The notes under the pieces were generated by a model. That model was not told the origin of the DNA, made no database searches, and saw nothing but the letters and a program-made list of their open reading frames with translations. A DNA stretch of 64,000 nucleotides from Octopus sinensis (lineage: Eukaryota): contig NC_043008.1 in the NCBI RefSeq assembly GCF_006345805.1, positions 50,406,001 through 50,470,000 on the forward strand, in the 5' to 3' direction. A program made the translations under genes and the position numbers. The stretch's first letter is position 1. The number at the start of each line of letters is the position of its first letter. Shown one piece after another: positions 63,611 through 64,000 of the stretch.

Positions 63611-64000
63611 GAAACCTTATAAAGTACCCTACACATGAATAACGGCTTCCCGTTTTTGTTGGCATCTCTCTTTTCATCTATTCATGTGGTAATACATAAT
63701 CCCTCCTCACCTTCCAATGTGTAGGTTTGTTGATGTTTCAATTGTTTTACATTCAGTCAGTCTTCATTGATTTGTTTTGTTTTTGATTTAATCTAACCCC
63801 GGTTAAAAGAATGGCCGGAGGGAAGTAAAAGATGTATTGCTTTGAACATGGTGCAGAAGGAAATTCAATGACTTGGTATTTAGTAACATGGGGCTAATGA
63901 TATTATTGCCATAGAACCACAAATTTATAGGGGGAAATGTGTAGTCTGTTAATTCAATTCTCAGCATGAGGAAGGAATATCAAAGTTGACCGAAGCAGGA

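Overview
AT-rich, microsatellite- and retroposon-dense eukaryotic DNA. The SINE, RTE and Helitron families are of the kind I recognise from Octopus (coleoid cephalopod), which is an inference, not a database match. The only host gene I can support is a CRTC/TORC (CREB-regulated transcription coactivator) homolog on the + strand. A 65-nt exon at 4213-4277 encodes ADCSPYGATTYLSLPPDTSWR(R), matching human CRTC1 [21 protein letters not shown] with the same 0/2 intron phases. About 55.5 kb downstream is a candidate 36-nt phase-2/phase-2 microexon (59829-59864, (R)LYPHLNGVSLP(R)). It would insert 12 aa directly before the expected R-T-x-S-D-S-A-L-H SIK/AMPK phosphosite exon, which I did not find in the window by eye. 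The rest is intronic. It holds at least five SINE-like families, decayed LINE fragments (RTE, I/Jockey-like, CR1-like, R4/Dong-type), two Helitron 3' ends and TTAA-flanked MITEs. It also holds a 561-bp near-perfect palindrome, a 95-bp-arm foldback, a 1.8-kb multimeric retroposon 3' array, a SINE interrupted by a foreign-looking ORF, and a 639-bp tandem duplication. Almost all ORFs in the supplied track are microsatellite or repeat shadows. Repeat boundaries were read by eye and are approximate (about +/-10-30 bp) unless stated as exact.
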